Of a stretch of 35,592 bases of DNA, positions 16,709 to 26,034 are shown piece by piece (the stretch's first letter is position 1; each line of letters opens with the position of its first letter). Under the pieces are notes generated by a model. The model worked only from the letters and a program-made list of their open reading frames with translations, made no database searches and was not told the DNA's origin. This stretch comes from a virus. Taxonomy: Duplodnaviria; Caudoviricetes. The stretch is from IMG/VR virus record IMGVR_UViG_3300049917_000106, positions 1-35,592 of that record. The stretch is one strand, 5' to 3'. The translations under genes were made by a program, and so were the position numbers.

Positions 16709-18207
16709 TAGTGCCTCACTTTGATCGATCCGGTATCACTCAGCAGCCCGGTGACTAGAAGCGCATCTTGCTGCATGACCCGGTCGAGATTGGACACCTC
16801 CAGCCCCACAGACGACGACCCGTTTGCGTTGTAGGTCCGCGAGATGCTCAGGATGTACATGTCCTCTTCGTCAATGTCGGCCCATTGAACGCCGACGCCC
16901 TCGATGATCACAATGCCGCTGTAAACGAGCCTCACGGTATCGCCGACATGTAGGCTACTCGGCACGCTCGGCACAGTGATCCGGTATGTGCGCTGCGCTT
17001 CCCGGCGCTGGTTCATGTAGCTGAAGAGCCAGTCGTACAGGTCTTTTGCCGCCGCTTCCCATTGCGCGTCGGTCGGTTCGTCGCGCCCCATCACGTCGAT
17101 GTGGCTCGCAATCTTCAGGTCTTCGCGAGGCTCGTCGGCATAACTCGCATCGTTGCGGATGTAATACTCCGGCCAGGCGATCACATCCTCGCCCGCGCCG
17201 GGCGGCCAGATTGTTCCGGTTTCGTCGTCTCGATTCACCACGATGGTCGTGCCGTCGCTCACAGACACGACATATATGTTCGTCAGACGCGGCTCGCTAT
17301 AGTCGGTCTTGTCGCCGATAAACAACTGCTGGCCCGGCCCAAATCCGGCAGAGGACGTCACCTTGAGTGTGACGACGTTGGACCCGGCTATCGTGGTCGT
17401 TTCCGCGCCGATCAGTCCCTTCCTAACTTTGATGTTCGGCGCTCGTGTCGCGTCATCTTCCGGCACATCCTGGAGGGTAACTTTCGTCCTAATAAACCCG
17501 TTATCCTCACCCGCGCCCCACCCGGTGATGTGATTGACGATCTCATTCAAGTCTTCTTCGAGCGTTAGAGCGGTCAGAATGCGGATCGACGTGTTGCTCT
17601 CCTGGTCCACCAGCAGATGGTGGACATTAGTCAAGCGCAGCCCACTCGACACGCCGAACGACCCGAAGTCCAGCGTTCGCAGCGTCGAGCCATACCGGAT
17701 GTGCTTGCCTTTGCGCTGGCGAATCTTTTGAATTGCCGTGAGCCGGGTATCCTCATTGAACGTTCCCGACACATTGCCCAGGCCAGCGTCAACATCCCCA
17801 AGCGACCACCCTGTATTTGACTCGACGAAATAGGTGAGCGCGACGGTTTCGGTGTCTACGTCGTCAAACATGGCCCACCACCCGCAAATGGAGTCGGCGA
17901 GTTCGGCCATGATACCCGGCCCGCCGATGGTGCGCATCGGGCCGGCGGCGGTCAGTTCGGTGCCGCGCTTGCGGATCAAGCCCAGAAAAGTCGCGCTCTC
18001 ATTCTCCAGCGCGTCGTCCAGGATGCGCACACGGATGCGCTTGCCGGCGTCGACCAGAGAAATAGCGCGGGCATGTGTCGCCGGGATGCGCGCGGTGATG
18101 TCGCCGGTTTCATCCAGCCGCTCATTGATGGTCACGCTGTCAGCAGGGATAGGGCTGCCGATGGGGATTTCATCGGCGTCGAGGATTTCGACAACGAATC
18201 TAGGCAT
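16708..18207 (-). CDS. Siphovirus tail tip/baseplate hub protein
   Basis: Follows TMP and Dit; NHITGWGAG and LHVGDTVRL motifs. Confidence 0.75.
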   Translation of the reverse strand: MPRFVVEILDADEIPIGSPIPADSVTINERLDETGDITARIPATHARAISLVDAGKRIRVRILDDALENESATFLGLIRKRGTELTAAGPMRTIGGPGIMAELADSICGWWAMFDDVDTETVALTYFVESNTGWSLGDVDAGLGNVSGTFNEDTRLTAIQKIRQRKGKHIRYGSTLRTLDFGSFGVSSGLRLTNVHHLLVDQESNTSIRILTALTLEEDLNEIVNHITGWGAGEDNGFIRTKVTLQDVPEDDATRAPNIKVRKGLIGAETTTIAGSNVVTLKVTSSAGFGPGQQLFIGDKTDYSEPRLTNIYVVSVSDGTTIVVNRDDETGTIWPPGAGEDVIAWPEYYIRNDASYADEPREDLKIASHIDVMGRDEPTDAQWEAAAKDLYDWLFSYMNQRREAQRTYRITVPSVPSSLHVGDTVRLVYSGIVIIEGVGVQWADIDEEDMYILSISRTYNANGSSSVGLEVSNLDRVMQQDALLVTGLLSDTGSIKVRH

Positions 18208-18209
18208 GG

Positions 18210-19076
18210 CTACAGGTAAGTGTCATACCATCTGAAATTAACGACAGGAACACCGCCCACCGGCAACTCTGGGTGAACCATGTCGTACTCAAACTCCATC
18301 TCGTTCACCCCCGGCTCCAGCTGCATCCAGGGCAGCATCAGCGTGTCTGTCGAGTCCGACAGGACCGCATAGCCATCCTGGGCCAGCGTCAATGGGTCGT
18401 AGGTGTTGCCGTATCTGCAACTGTAAGCGCCCGAATCGACGAGGATCGCCTTGGGAGCCACTTCGGGCGCAAATTCCAAACGCCAGGCATAACCGTTCGT
18501 GGAATTGGTGAACTGAATCATGCCGAGATAGTCGCCGCCCGGGTCGTTGGTTATGAACGCATAGAGCATCGCGGGCGTGTTGCCGAAATTGGCGATATTG
18601 AACAGGTAGGGATTGCCTTGTCCGACAAGAGAGAAATCGCTTATGGTGTGAGCGACTTCGCCGTACCAAAGCGCCTCCGGCAGACTGAATCGCAACGTCG
18701 CCGGCTTGAACATGTATTCGTCGCCAGCCACGTCCCTAAAGCTCAAGTCGGTGCATTTCGCCCAGGCCCATTGTCGCGTCAAGCCGTCGCGATACTCGCG
18801 CCACAACTTCGACCGGCCCGCGCCCACCGTTGCGGTTTTGAGGTCTTCAAGGTTGTCGCTGATTGAGCGATACAGGTCTGCCGTGAGTGAGAGCTGCTTG
18901 CCGGGCGTGGCCGGCGCGAGAGGGAAGTTATCATCGCTCCAGTGGTCAAACGCGCCGGACGCGCCGCCGACCTGCGTCAAGACCGCCGGGCGCGAGACAG
19001 CGAAGTCGTCTTGGGATTTGACATCCGAGAGGACGAAGGCGCTGTGCCAGGTGTCGCCAAAGCGTCTGATGATCAA
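18210..19076 (-). CDS. Distal tail (Dit-like) protein
   Basis: NFGNTPA and LEPGVNEM...WYDTYL; directly after TMP. Confidence 0.75.
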   Translation of the reverse strand: MIIRRFGDTWHSAFVLSDVKSQDDFAVSRPAVLTQVGGASGAFDHWSDDNFPLAPATPGKQLSLTADLYRSISDNLEDLKTATVGAGRSKLWREYRDGLTRQWAWAKCTDLSFRDVAGDEYMFKPATLRFSLPEALWYGEVAHTISDFSLVGQGNPYLFNIANFGNTPAMLYAFITNDPGGDYLGMIQFTNSTNGYAWRLEFAPEVAPKAILVDSGAYSCRYGNTYDPLTLAQDGYAVLSDSTDTLMLPWMQLEPGVNEMEFEYDMVHPELPVGGVPVVNFRWYDTYL

Positions 19077-21097
19077 AACTTACCACCTATGCCGCGCGCC
19101 GTGTCGGTTGCGCTGCGCTGCGGCGCGGGAACAGCGCCACCCAGCAGCATCTGAATAATCGGGTTAGAAAATCTGGCGTCGATAAGAAGCGGGATGCGCT
19201 TTTCGCCGGAGGTGAGTTCGCCGATGGTCTTTTGCAGATCCCCAAGTATTTTTTGTGCGCCTTCTGCCGTTCGGCGCGAATCGTCAATCATTCCATCGAC
19301 ATCATTTTTCATTCTAAATCGGTCGGATTCGAGCGCCTTCGCCTTCTCCGATACCTTCGCCGTCGATCCCGCAACGCCGTCCAAAGCGCCCCGGCTGTGC
19401 TCCAAAAACCGATTCCAGTTCTCGGCATCAGGGTTAGTCAATTGGTTGACCAGCTTCTCTTGTGCAATCGCCTGATCTAAAGCCGACTTCGTGTACAGGC
19501 CGGCGATCTTGTTCAACGCCTCGGCGCGCTCCTGGTACTGCTGGCCGGTCAAGTCACCCTTTTGATAGGCCGTCGTGAGCGCATTGAAGGCTTCGGTTGC
19601 GCGCTGCGTCTCGCTTTGCTTTTGGAGCGCCGCGATTTGCTCTTCGGTTGCGGCACGCTGTTCCTTCTGAGCCTTCGTCATGCCGCCAACGACAGCGGTA
19701 TGTGTACCCATCGAAGCGGAGAGTTCGTCAACCTTTTGCCTAGCGTTGCCCATGCGCAAAGCGAACTCGGCGTCTGATTCGCCTTCCTTGCGCTGGACTT
19801 CGGCCAGATACTCCTGAGCGACGGCGAGTTTTAGAACCGCCTCGGCGCGCTCTTGTTCGGACATCTTTTGATTCTGAATAACCGCCGTGCGGCGCGGCCC
19901 ATTCTTGGCTGCCGCTTCGTCTATGTCGGCGAGCTTCTGTTGGAGTTCGGCGAGCCTCTCTTCGTCCTTGGTGTAGGCAATCGCGGCGGATCGGGAATCG
20001 TTGGTGAGTCTGAGATTCGCGCCTTGCGCCGTTTTAAGCCTGTTAACCTCAGCGGCCATGCCTTCCAGCGCGCCAGTGACCGGCCCGGCAATCGTGCCGG
20101 CGAAGTCCTGAAACCTCTTTCCTTCGTCAAGCAACTGTTGCAGTCTCTCTTTGAGGACTTGCGCCTGCTGTGAGTTTTCACCAAACACGCCCTTCGAGAG
20201 TTCAAGCGCGGCGCGTAGCTTGTCTGTCTGTGATGCGTTGGCGTCGAGTTGAAGTTGCAGAAACTGGAATCCATCGAGGGCCGGCGTTACACCGTTGACC
20301 GCAAGCTCTTTGAGGCTATCGAAAACGTTATTGACCTTATTCTCAAACGCCGCCATTTTGTCGGCGCTATCGGTATATCCCTCGCCGACTTCGTCCACCA
20401 ACTTTGTGCCGGCAGCCAGCACCGCGTTAAGGTTGGCGGTTTTGATCTCTTGTTCGGTGAGCTCCTTCGTTGTCTCACCGAGTTGATCAGCGAGTCGCTT
20501 TTGCGCGCCTTCAAAGTCAACCACCCCGACACGTGCCTTCAGCGCGCGCGCCTGTCCAAACTCCGTCGCCTGCGCGATGGCCCCAAACGCCTCTGCCGTG
20601 TCGCCGCCAAACCGTACAGCGGATGCGCGGGCAATCTTGAATAGCTGTTCGAGTTGCCTGGCGTTCTGAACCGTGCCCTGCGTGAAGGCGCGCGATGCGG
20701 TCTGCATTAACTCTTCGTCGTCAACCGTGCCGTGTGCGATCCGGTCAAGGTCTTCGATGATTGCGTCTGCGTCCGCGCCGAATGAAGCGGCGGTTGCCTT
20801 CCACTGATTACCGATGCGCTGGATCGCCGCGCCCTCTTTGGCAAAATCCCAAACCTGTTTCATCTTGCCGAGTGCTTGCCCGGCCAGGTCTATCCCGCTT
20901 TTGAGGTCAGTCAGGGATAGGCCGGTTTTTTGCGCTTCGCCGCCGGCCTTCTCCAGCGCCTCGGCGTATCCATCCGTGGCTTTGATCGCGTCGATTTCCT
21001 CCTGGCTCATGCCCTCGATTGCAGAGCGCGCATCGTCTACCTTTGCGCTCATCGCATCCTTGGCTAAGAGTTCGAGTACCAGTTGTTCGTCAGCCAT
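19073..21097 (-). CDS. Tape measure protein
   Basis: 674 aa, helical Ala/Glu/Lys-rich, N-terminal LAKDAMS; gene position. Confidence 0.85.
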   Translation of the reverse strand: MADEQLVLELLAKDAMSAKVDDARSAIEGMSQEEIDAIKATDGYAEALEKAGGEAQKTGLSLTDLKSGIDLAGQALGKMKQVWDFAKEGAAIQRIGNQWKATAASFGADADAIIEDLDRIAHGTVDDEELMQTASRAFTQGTVQNARQLEQLFKIARASAVRFGGDTAEAFGAIAQATEFGQARALKARVGVVDFEGAQKRLADQLGETTKELTEQEIKTANLNAVLAAGTKLVDEVGEGYTDSADKMAAFENKVNNVFDSLKELAVNGVTPALDGFQFLQLQLDANASQTDKLRAALELSKGVFGENSQQAQVLKERLQQLLDEGKRFQDFAGTIAGPVTGALEGMAAEVNRLKTAQGANLRLTNDSRSAAIAYTKDEERLAELQQKLADIDEAAAKNGPRRTAVIQNQKMSEQERAEAVLKLAVAQEYLAEVQRKEGESDAEFALRMGNARQKVDELSASMGTHTAVVGGMTKAQKEQRAATEEQIAALQKQSETQRATEAFNALTTAYQKGDLTGQQYQERAEALNKIAGLYTKSALDQAIAQEKLVNQLTNPDAENWNRFLEHSRGALDGVAGSTAKVSEKAKALESDRFRMKNDVDGMIDDSRRTAEGAQKILGDLQKTIGELTSGEKRIPLLIDARFSNPIIQMLLGGAVPAPQRSATDTARGIGGKF

Positions 21098-21410
21098 TTT
21101 GGATCAGGTCTGCAATGCAGTCGCACACCCATCGCGCCAGCGCGCGCGCCGGCTCAACGGGGGTCGCCGGGAATGTTTCGGGCGTGAGTTGCCCCAGGCC
21201 GTCGAGATGGAAGAATGAGACGCAGGCGCAGGCGGCAATCAGAACGGTGCGGTAGTAGTCAATCGGGTTCTTGATTTCTTCGTCGTTGACAAACGCGCGC
21301 GCCGTGGTCTGAGCGTCAAGCCACAGTTTGAGCCGACCGTAGTTCAACGAGTCGGGTAACACGATAAAGCCCGGCCACCGTTCAACCGGGCTTTGGATGA
21401 CTTTCGCCAT
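21090..21410 (-). CDS. Tail assembly chaperone (by synteny)
   Basis: Between tube and TMP; start MAKVIQS. Confidence 0.6.
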   Translation of the reverse strand: MAKVIQSPVERWPGFIVLPDSLNYGRLKLWLDAQTTARAFVNDEEIKNPIDYYRTVLIAACACVSFFHLDGLGQLTPETFPATPVEPARALARWVCDCIADLIQNG

Positions 21411-21411
21411 G

Positions 21412-22446
21412 CTAAATCGTCGCTTCGCTGGTTTGGATCCAGATACCCAGCGCTGCCGCGCAGGTCGTGTTATAGACCGGCGTGCCGCTGATCTCCTGCA
21501 TCTTGACTTGTTCTTCCCCCGCCACGTCGGGATACGTCGCCGGGTCAAACCACAGCGACGGCACGGTGATGTGTGCCTCGTACTTGTCGCTGCCTGAAAT
21601 CACGGCGCCCTGCATGGTGATGTCCAGCGCCAGCATCGTCCCCGCGCGCCAGGCGGTGTAAAACGTCGAGTCGAGCGTGCTCCAATCCTGAGAAATCTTC
21701 ACAGACATCTTGCGCTCGCCCGGCGGCACAGCCTTGCGCGTCGGGTCCTGGGCGAGCCGGAAGCCGTCTGCGTCAACGCCCATGTCAATATCGAGCGAGA
21801 TGTTTTTTACGCGCGTTACGGTGGTTGCGCCCGCCAGGGAAATCTTGCCGCCGCTGATGGACGGCGTGCCGCCGTGTTTGATGACACAGTCATAGAACAT
21901 GAACGGCCGCACCTGCGAAGCATACGAAGGCGAGATCACGGCGGGGGATGAAGTCGCGCCATCGTAGTCCCACGTGCCGCCCGCCGGCGCTTCGTCTTTC
22001 GCCTCGAATTCCGGCTTGACCAACACCGGCTCGTCTGCGCCGGCGTCCCATGTAAAGCTGATCTTGCTGATGACGGCGCTCAGGATGTTCTGCGCGACGC
22101 TCGCGCTATATCGCATCTGCGCAGAGACGGAGCCTAACAGCGCCGTATCGTCGAACAGCATCGCGTGGTTATAGATGCTGCCCGACGGGTTGGTCGTCGT
22201 GACGCTGGTCAGGATAGTGGACAAAAGCGGCCCGACGCGCGTTGTCCACCAGGGAAACTCAATCCCGCCACCAACGGCCTTCTTGCCCATCACCATCTGA
22301 AATGGATCACGCCCGCCGCCGGTCACTTGCAGGTCGATCGCAGATCGGCGCGAATGGATCCCGGCGCCCTTAACCGGGATCGCCAGGTCAGGTGTGACCC
22401 ACGTGCCGAACGTGGATTCCTTCTTGTAGATGAAATGGTCAGCCAT
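21412..22446 (-). CDS. Major tail tube protein
   Basis: KKESTFGT N-terminus, beta-rich, gene position. Confidence 0.82.
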   Translation of the reverse strand: MADHFIYKKESTFGTWVTPDLAIPVKGAGIHSRRSAIDLQVTGGGRDPFQMVMGKKAVGGGIEFPWWTTRVGPLLSTILTSVTTTNPSGSIYNHAMLFDDTALLGSVSAQMRYSASVAQNILSAVISKISFTWDAGADEPVLVKPEFEAKDEAPAGGTWDYDGATSSPAVISPSYASQVRPFMFYDCVIKHGGTPSISGGKISLAGATTVTRVKNISLDIDMGVDADGFRLAQDPTRKAVPPGERKMSVKISQDWSTLDSTFYTAWRAGTMLALDITMQGAVISGSDKYEAHITVPSLWFDPATYPDVAGEEQVKMQEISGTPVYNTTCAAALGIWIQTSEATI

Positions 22447-22651
22447 TGCCCTTTACCTCTCTCTTTGATTTCGGTGTCTCTGCCGCAGGCCCCGCCCTGA
22501 GCGGAGTCGAAGGGACTATCTCGAAGCGGTGCGGGTATTGCGCGACCAACCGCCGCGCCAGCTCATCCGGCAACTCTGCGGTCGCGCCGTGCTTGAAGTC
22601 GCCATAACCGTCTATGATTGCGCCATCGTCTGATGTGATAAGCACCTTCAT
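22439..22651 (-). CDS. Small virion-cluster hypothetical protein
   Basis: Coupled to tube gene; GATAELPDELARRLV. Confidence 0.65.
   Translation of the reverse strand: MKVLITSDDGAIIDGYGDFKHGATAELPDELARRLVAQYPHRFEIVPSTPLRAGPAAETPKSKREVKGNG
22494..22514. repeat. REP-like element inserted in coding sequence
   Basis: GCCCTGAGCGGAGTCGAAGGG, within the PSTPLRAG-coding stretch on minus. Confidence 0.5.
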
Positions 22652-22655
22652 CGCC

Positions 22656-23204
22656 CTACGCCTCCGTCACGATTCGCTGCGTGATGACCGTAAACGGCAG
22701 CGAACCGAAGTTCTCGTAGTTGTTCGTGCGCTCGTTTTTATCGAGGCCATACGCGCGACCATCCTCCACCTTGAACTGAATCACGTCCTCTTGCACTGTG
22801 TAGTCGCCAATCGTAACCGGCCCGACCGACAGCCCGCCCAAGTCCTTATGCGCCAGCCGCGATAGCTCAAACTCATAGGTGAGCAGCATTTCCTCAACGG
22901 CGTCCATCGTCGGCACGGTCGCTTTCCGATTCTCCACTTCCAGCCAGTCGGTGTCTGTCATCTGGAATGAGACGTTAATCAGGCCGGTGTAGGTGATCTG
23001 GTAAACGCCTCCACTCCAGCGAACCCCCCCGCTCACAGTTGCGATGTCAAACTCGGAGTAGGGGTATAGCTCACTGGCGACGGCAACCGGCGCGCGTCCC
23101 CGCACGAGCAGATTGAGCAAATCAAACTCTTCCGAGTCGCGCACCACGTCGATCAGGTAATCGAGGATCGCGCGCTTGACGAGCAGTTCGGGGTCTATGC
23201 TCAT
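22656..23204 (-). CDS. Putative tail terminator/neck protein
   Basis: Acidic 182 aa; synteny. Confidence 0.6.
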   Translation of the reverse strand: MSIDPELLVKRAILDYLIDVVRDSEEFDLLNLLVRGRAPVAVASELYPYSEFDIATVSGGVRWSGGVYQITYTGLINVSFQMTDTDWLEVENRKATVPTMDAVEEMLLTYEFELSRLAHKDLGGLSVGPVTIGDYTVQEDVIQFKVEDGRAYGLDKNERTNNYENFGSLPFTVITQRIVTEA

Positions 23205-23741
23205 CTATAGTCCCGCCCCGCTGGTCTGCGTAATCAGATACGACAAGGCAATCTCCTTGAGTCGTTCCCGGTCTTCTTTCCGCACCTGCAACACGGGGCG
23301 CGCGGGCATCCGCGATGTACCGAATTGGTGATAATGCCAGTAGGCTTTGCCCTTGCGTTTGGCCGTGTTTTTAATCTGCAACGAACGCGGCCCGGCCTTC
23401 CAGCTAAACGACCCCTTCATATTGCCGGTCAGCACTAGCAGCGGTCGCCCCGGAAAGTGGCGTTGTTTCCACTCTGCATAAGCCTTGCTCAATCGCGCCC
23501 AGCGTTTCGGCGTGCCAAGTGCTGCGAACTGGCCGGGGATGTGCTCGTTGACTAGATACTCACCCCACGCGGCAAATGCCGGCTGTACGTTCTGCCCCTT
23601 GCGCGCGATTTGCCGGAGCGATTCGGCGTAATCGTCGAGCGACACGCCGGTAAAGCGCACTTGCACCGCGCCGCCGCGCGACTGCGCGACTGTGCGCGTG
23701 CCTTTGGTTATCGAGAGGCCGAAAGGTCTACCTCCTCCCAT
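23205..23741 (-). CDS. Virion morphogenesis protein (Mu G/P2 S-like)
   Basis: WARLS..Y, LVLTGNMKGS, YHQFGTSRMPARPVL. Confidence 0.85.
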   Translation of the reverse strand: MGGGRPFGLSITKGTRTVAQSRGGAVQVRFTGVSLDDYAESLRQIARKGQNVQPAFAAWGEYLVNEHIPGQFAALGTPKRWARLSKAYAEWKQRHFPGRPLLVLTGNMKGSFSWKAGPRSLQIKNTAKRKGKAYWHYHQFGTSRMPARPVLQVRKEDRERLKEIALSYLITQTSGAGL

Positions 23742-23743
23742 GC

Positions 23744-24892
23744 CTACTCCTCACCCACCACCACGACGTAGGGCGCGATGTACTGCGGGTTGCCGTAAGC
23801 GTCCTCAACACCCGCTTCGATAATCATCTTGTATTCGTGGTCTTCGGTCAGGCTGTGCAGCACCGGCAGGCTGATCACCGACCCCGCTGCCTCCGGATCG
23901 CCCGTCGAGACGGTGGTTGTCACATCCAGATTGTTGTTGGTCAGGTCGATGATCGAATATCCAAAATATTCAACTGCATCCGCCAATGTCGCAAACTCGA
24001 AGGAATGAACGACGCGCTCATTGACACTCTGCCGCTGCGTGCCCTCACTCACTTCACGATGGTGCGGCATGACGTGCAGAACGAGAGGAATGGACTCCGC
24101 AGGCGGCGCCATGCTCGGGCTGGCCGAGGCGGAGGGGCTGGGCGACTTCGAGGCAGAGGGTGACTTGCTGGCGCTGGGGCTGACCGAGGTAGACGGCGAC
24201 TTGCTTGCGCTAGGGCTGATTGAAGGTGAGGGACTGGGCGACTTGGAAGCCGAGGGCGACACCGATGGGCTGGGGCTTGGCGAAATCGATGCGCTGGGCG
24301 ACTTCGAGGCCGATGGAGACACCGAAGGGGAGCCTGTGAAAGAGCCGCCGCCGAAGTCATCTATCCTGGCCGTGGTGTCCGCAAGAAGGACCCCCAGAGA
24401 GCCGCCGTTCGGACTGTCGGTATTGATAACCGACATGATGACGTTGCCGTTTTGGTAGCACTCAATTAAGTTTCCCGTGCACCTGATGCCGAACACGTCG
24501 CCGGCCTGCAGGGTGATAACCTCGTTGTCCAGTTGCACTAAGGTAGACAGTTCTGTTAGAACCACCGTATCATTGTTGCTGTCGTTTCGTGTCACGCCCA
24601 GCATGTAGCCGTCCGTAAACTCGGCTTCGTCAAAATTCCCATCGGCTCGAATGTACAAACTGAAGACGCTCGTATCGACGGGCAGCACGGCTATCGTGGC
24701 GAAGACTTCGCTGTTTGCCGGCGCGGCCGTTCCCCAGATAGCCAGGCCGAAGCTGGCCGTATCGACGGCCAGCTGGTTGCTGACGACCTTCAGCTCGGGG
24801 TAGCTGGTCAGGTTCAGCCAACTCGCCGATGGGGGCGGGCCTTCGTTGGCACGGTTGAAATTGTCTAAAACTGGTGTAGTCGGAAACGACAC
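23744..24892 (-). CDS. Two-domain structural protein with Ser/Pro repeat linker
   Basis: LDNFNRA beta-sandwich, (SPSASK)n linker, C-terminal domain similar to 24902-25243. Confidence 0.8.
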   Translation of the reverse strand: MSFPTTPVLDNFNRANEGPPPSASWLNLTSYPELKVVSNQLAVDTASFGLAIWGTAAPANSEVFATIAVLPVDTSVFSLYIRADGNFDEAEFTDGYMLGVTRNDSNNDTVVLTELSTLVQLDNEVITLQAGDVFGIRCTGNLIECYQNGNVIMSVINTDSPNGGSLGVLLADTTARIDDFGGGSFTGSPSVSPSASKSPSASISPSPSPSVSPSASKSPSPSPSISPSASKSPSTSVSPSASKSPSASKSPSPSASASPSMAPPAESIPLVLHVMPHHREVSEGTQRQSVNERVVHSFEFATLADAVEYFGYSIIDLTNNNLDVTTTVSTGDPEAAGSVISLPVLHSLTEDHEYKMIIEAGVEDAYGNPQYIAPYVVVVGEE

Positions 24893-24901
24893 GTCAATGC
24901 C

Positions 24902-25243
24902 TTAATCGCAAATCAACCTGAACCACGGCTCCACCACCTGTCCCTCGATGGTGAAACGCGCTTTAACCCGATACTGACGGTGCTCGGTTAAGTCCGATAG
25001 AGTCGGCAACCTCAATCGCGTCGACCCTGCATCGCCGTAATTAAAAGAGCCGCCAGATACATCGCCCGTCACGATCTCGCCGTCAAACAGGTCAATGACT
25101 GTCAGCACGCCACTGGCGGGGTCTGTACCCAGCACCGACACATCGAGCGTATAGACAATGGATTCAAGCGGCCCGTGATACAGCGGCGACTCTTTACACT
25201 CACGGTGCGCGCTCAGGACAGTCAACAGGAACGGGTTAGCCAT
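24902..25243 (-). CDS. Small Ig-like structural protein
   Basis: Paralog of the neighbour's C-terminal domain. Confidence 0.7.
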   Translation of the reverse strand: MANPFLLTVLSAHRECKESPLYHGPLESIVYTLDVSVLGTDPASGVLTVIDLFDGEIVTGDVSGGSFNYGDAGSTRLRLPTLSDLTEHRQYRVKARFTIEGQVVEPWFRLICD

Positions 25244-25283
25244 TCGAGTTCAGAGAGTGACGGCTGGTCCGGTGGCGCAAGTG

Positions 25284-25673
25284 TCAATCCGCGCGCTCGA
25301 CCACGTAGTAGAGCGACTGATGCGAGACTTCGCTTTCCTCGTCGCCGGGCAACTCCAGCGTGCCGTCCTTGATGCCCTTCAAGAAGTCTCTATACTCGGA
25401 CCGCCAGAACTCCACCTGCGGCTCTTCGTCGCGCGATCGGAAGGTCGCGTACCAGACCGGAACAGCCGCGCCATAGGCGTTGTATTGCTTGAGCATCAAG
25501 AGCGCCGAAGCATCGTCTATCGGCAAGGCATAGCCCGCCGCCTTGAGCACGCCATCAATGGCGCCGGCGATATTGTCGATGTTGCTCTCGACCTCTTCGA
25601 TGGTCGGCTCGGTGTCGGCGGTGTAGCTCTTGTGGATGAGCGCTTCCACGTTGGCGGCAGTGCAGTAGGCCAC
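25284..25673 (-). CDS. Head-tail adaptor (Mu gp36-like)
   Basis: MAYCTAANV, IDGVL...GYALP, FLKGIKDG. Confidence 0.78.
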   Translation of the reverse strand: MAYCTAANVEALIHKSYTADTEPTIEEVESNIDNIAGAIDGVLKAAGYALPIDDASALLMLKQYNAYGAAVPVWYATFRSRDEEPQVEFWRSEYRDFLKGIKDGTLELPGDEESEVSHQSLYYVVERAD

Positions 25674-25707
25674 GGGTCAGTCCTCGTCTGCGAATAGGGG
25701 AGGGGGG

Positions 25708-26034
25708 TTAGCCCTTCGCCTCGGCGATCGCCTTGCGCACATCCCCGACGGTGATGAGTCCATCTTTGCCGGTGCCCTCGATGGCAGCCAGGTCGATGCC
25801 GTTCTCGGCGGCCAGCTCGCGCGCCGCGTCGGTCGCATCGATAGCGCTGGGAGCCTGGGGCTGATTACCTTCCAGCTTCTGGTCGCCGGCCGGATCGACA
25901 AACGGGTTCAGCTCCGCCACCTCATACGGCTTGCTCGTGATGATCGCCGCGCACCAGACACAGCGCATCTCCTGCCGACTGTTGACCCGAACCCCACCGA
26001 CCCTACCGCACGTTTCACATTTGACTTGTTTCAT
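25708..26034 (-). CDS. Zn-ribbon plus E3-binding (peripheral subunit-binding) domain protein
   Basis: CETC/CVWC; ATDAARELAAENGIDLAAIEGTGKDGLITVGDV. Confidence 0.85.
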   Translation of the reverse strand: MKQVKCETCGRVGGVRVNSRQEMRCVWCAAIITSKPYEVAELNPFVDPAGDQKLEGNQPQAPSAIDATDAARELAAENGIDLAAIEGTGKDGLITVGDVRKAIAEAKG

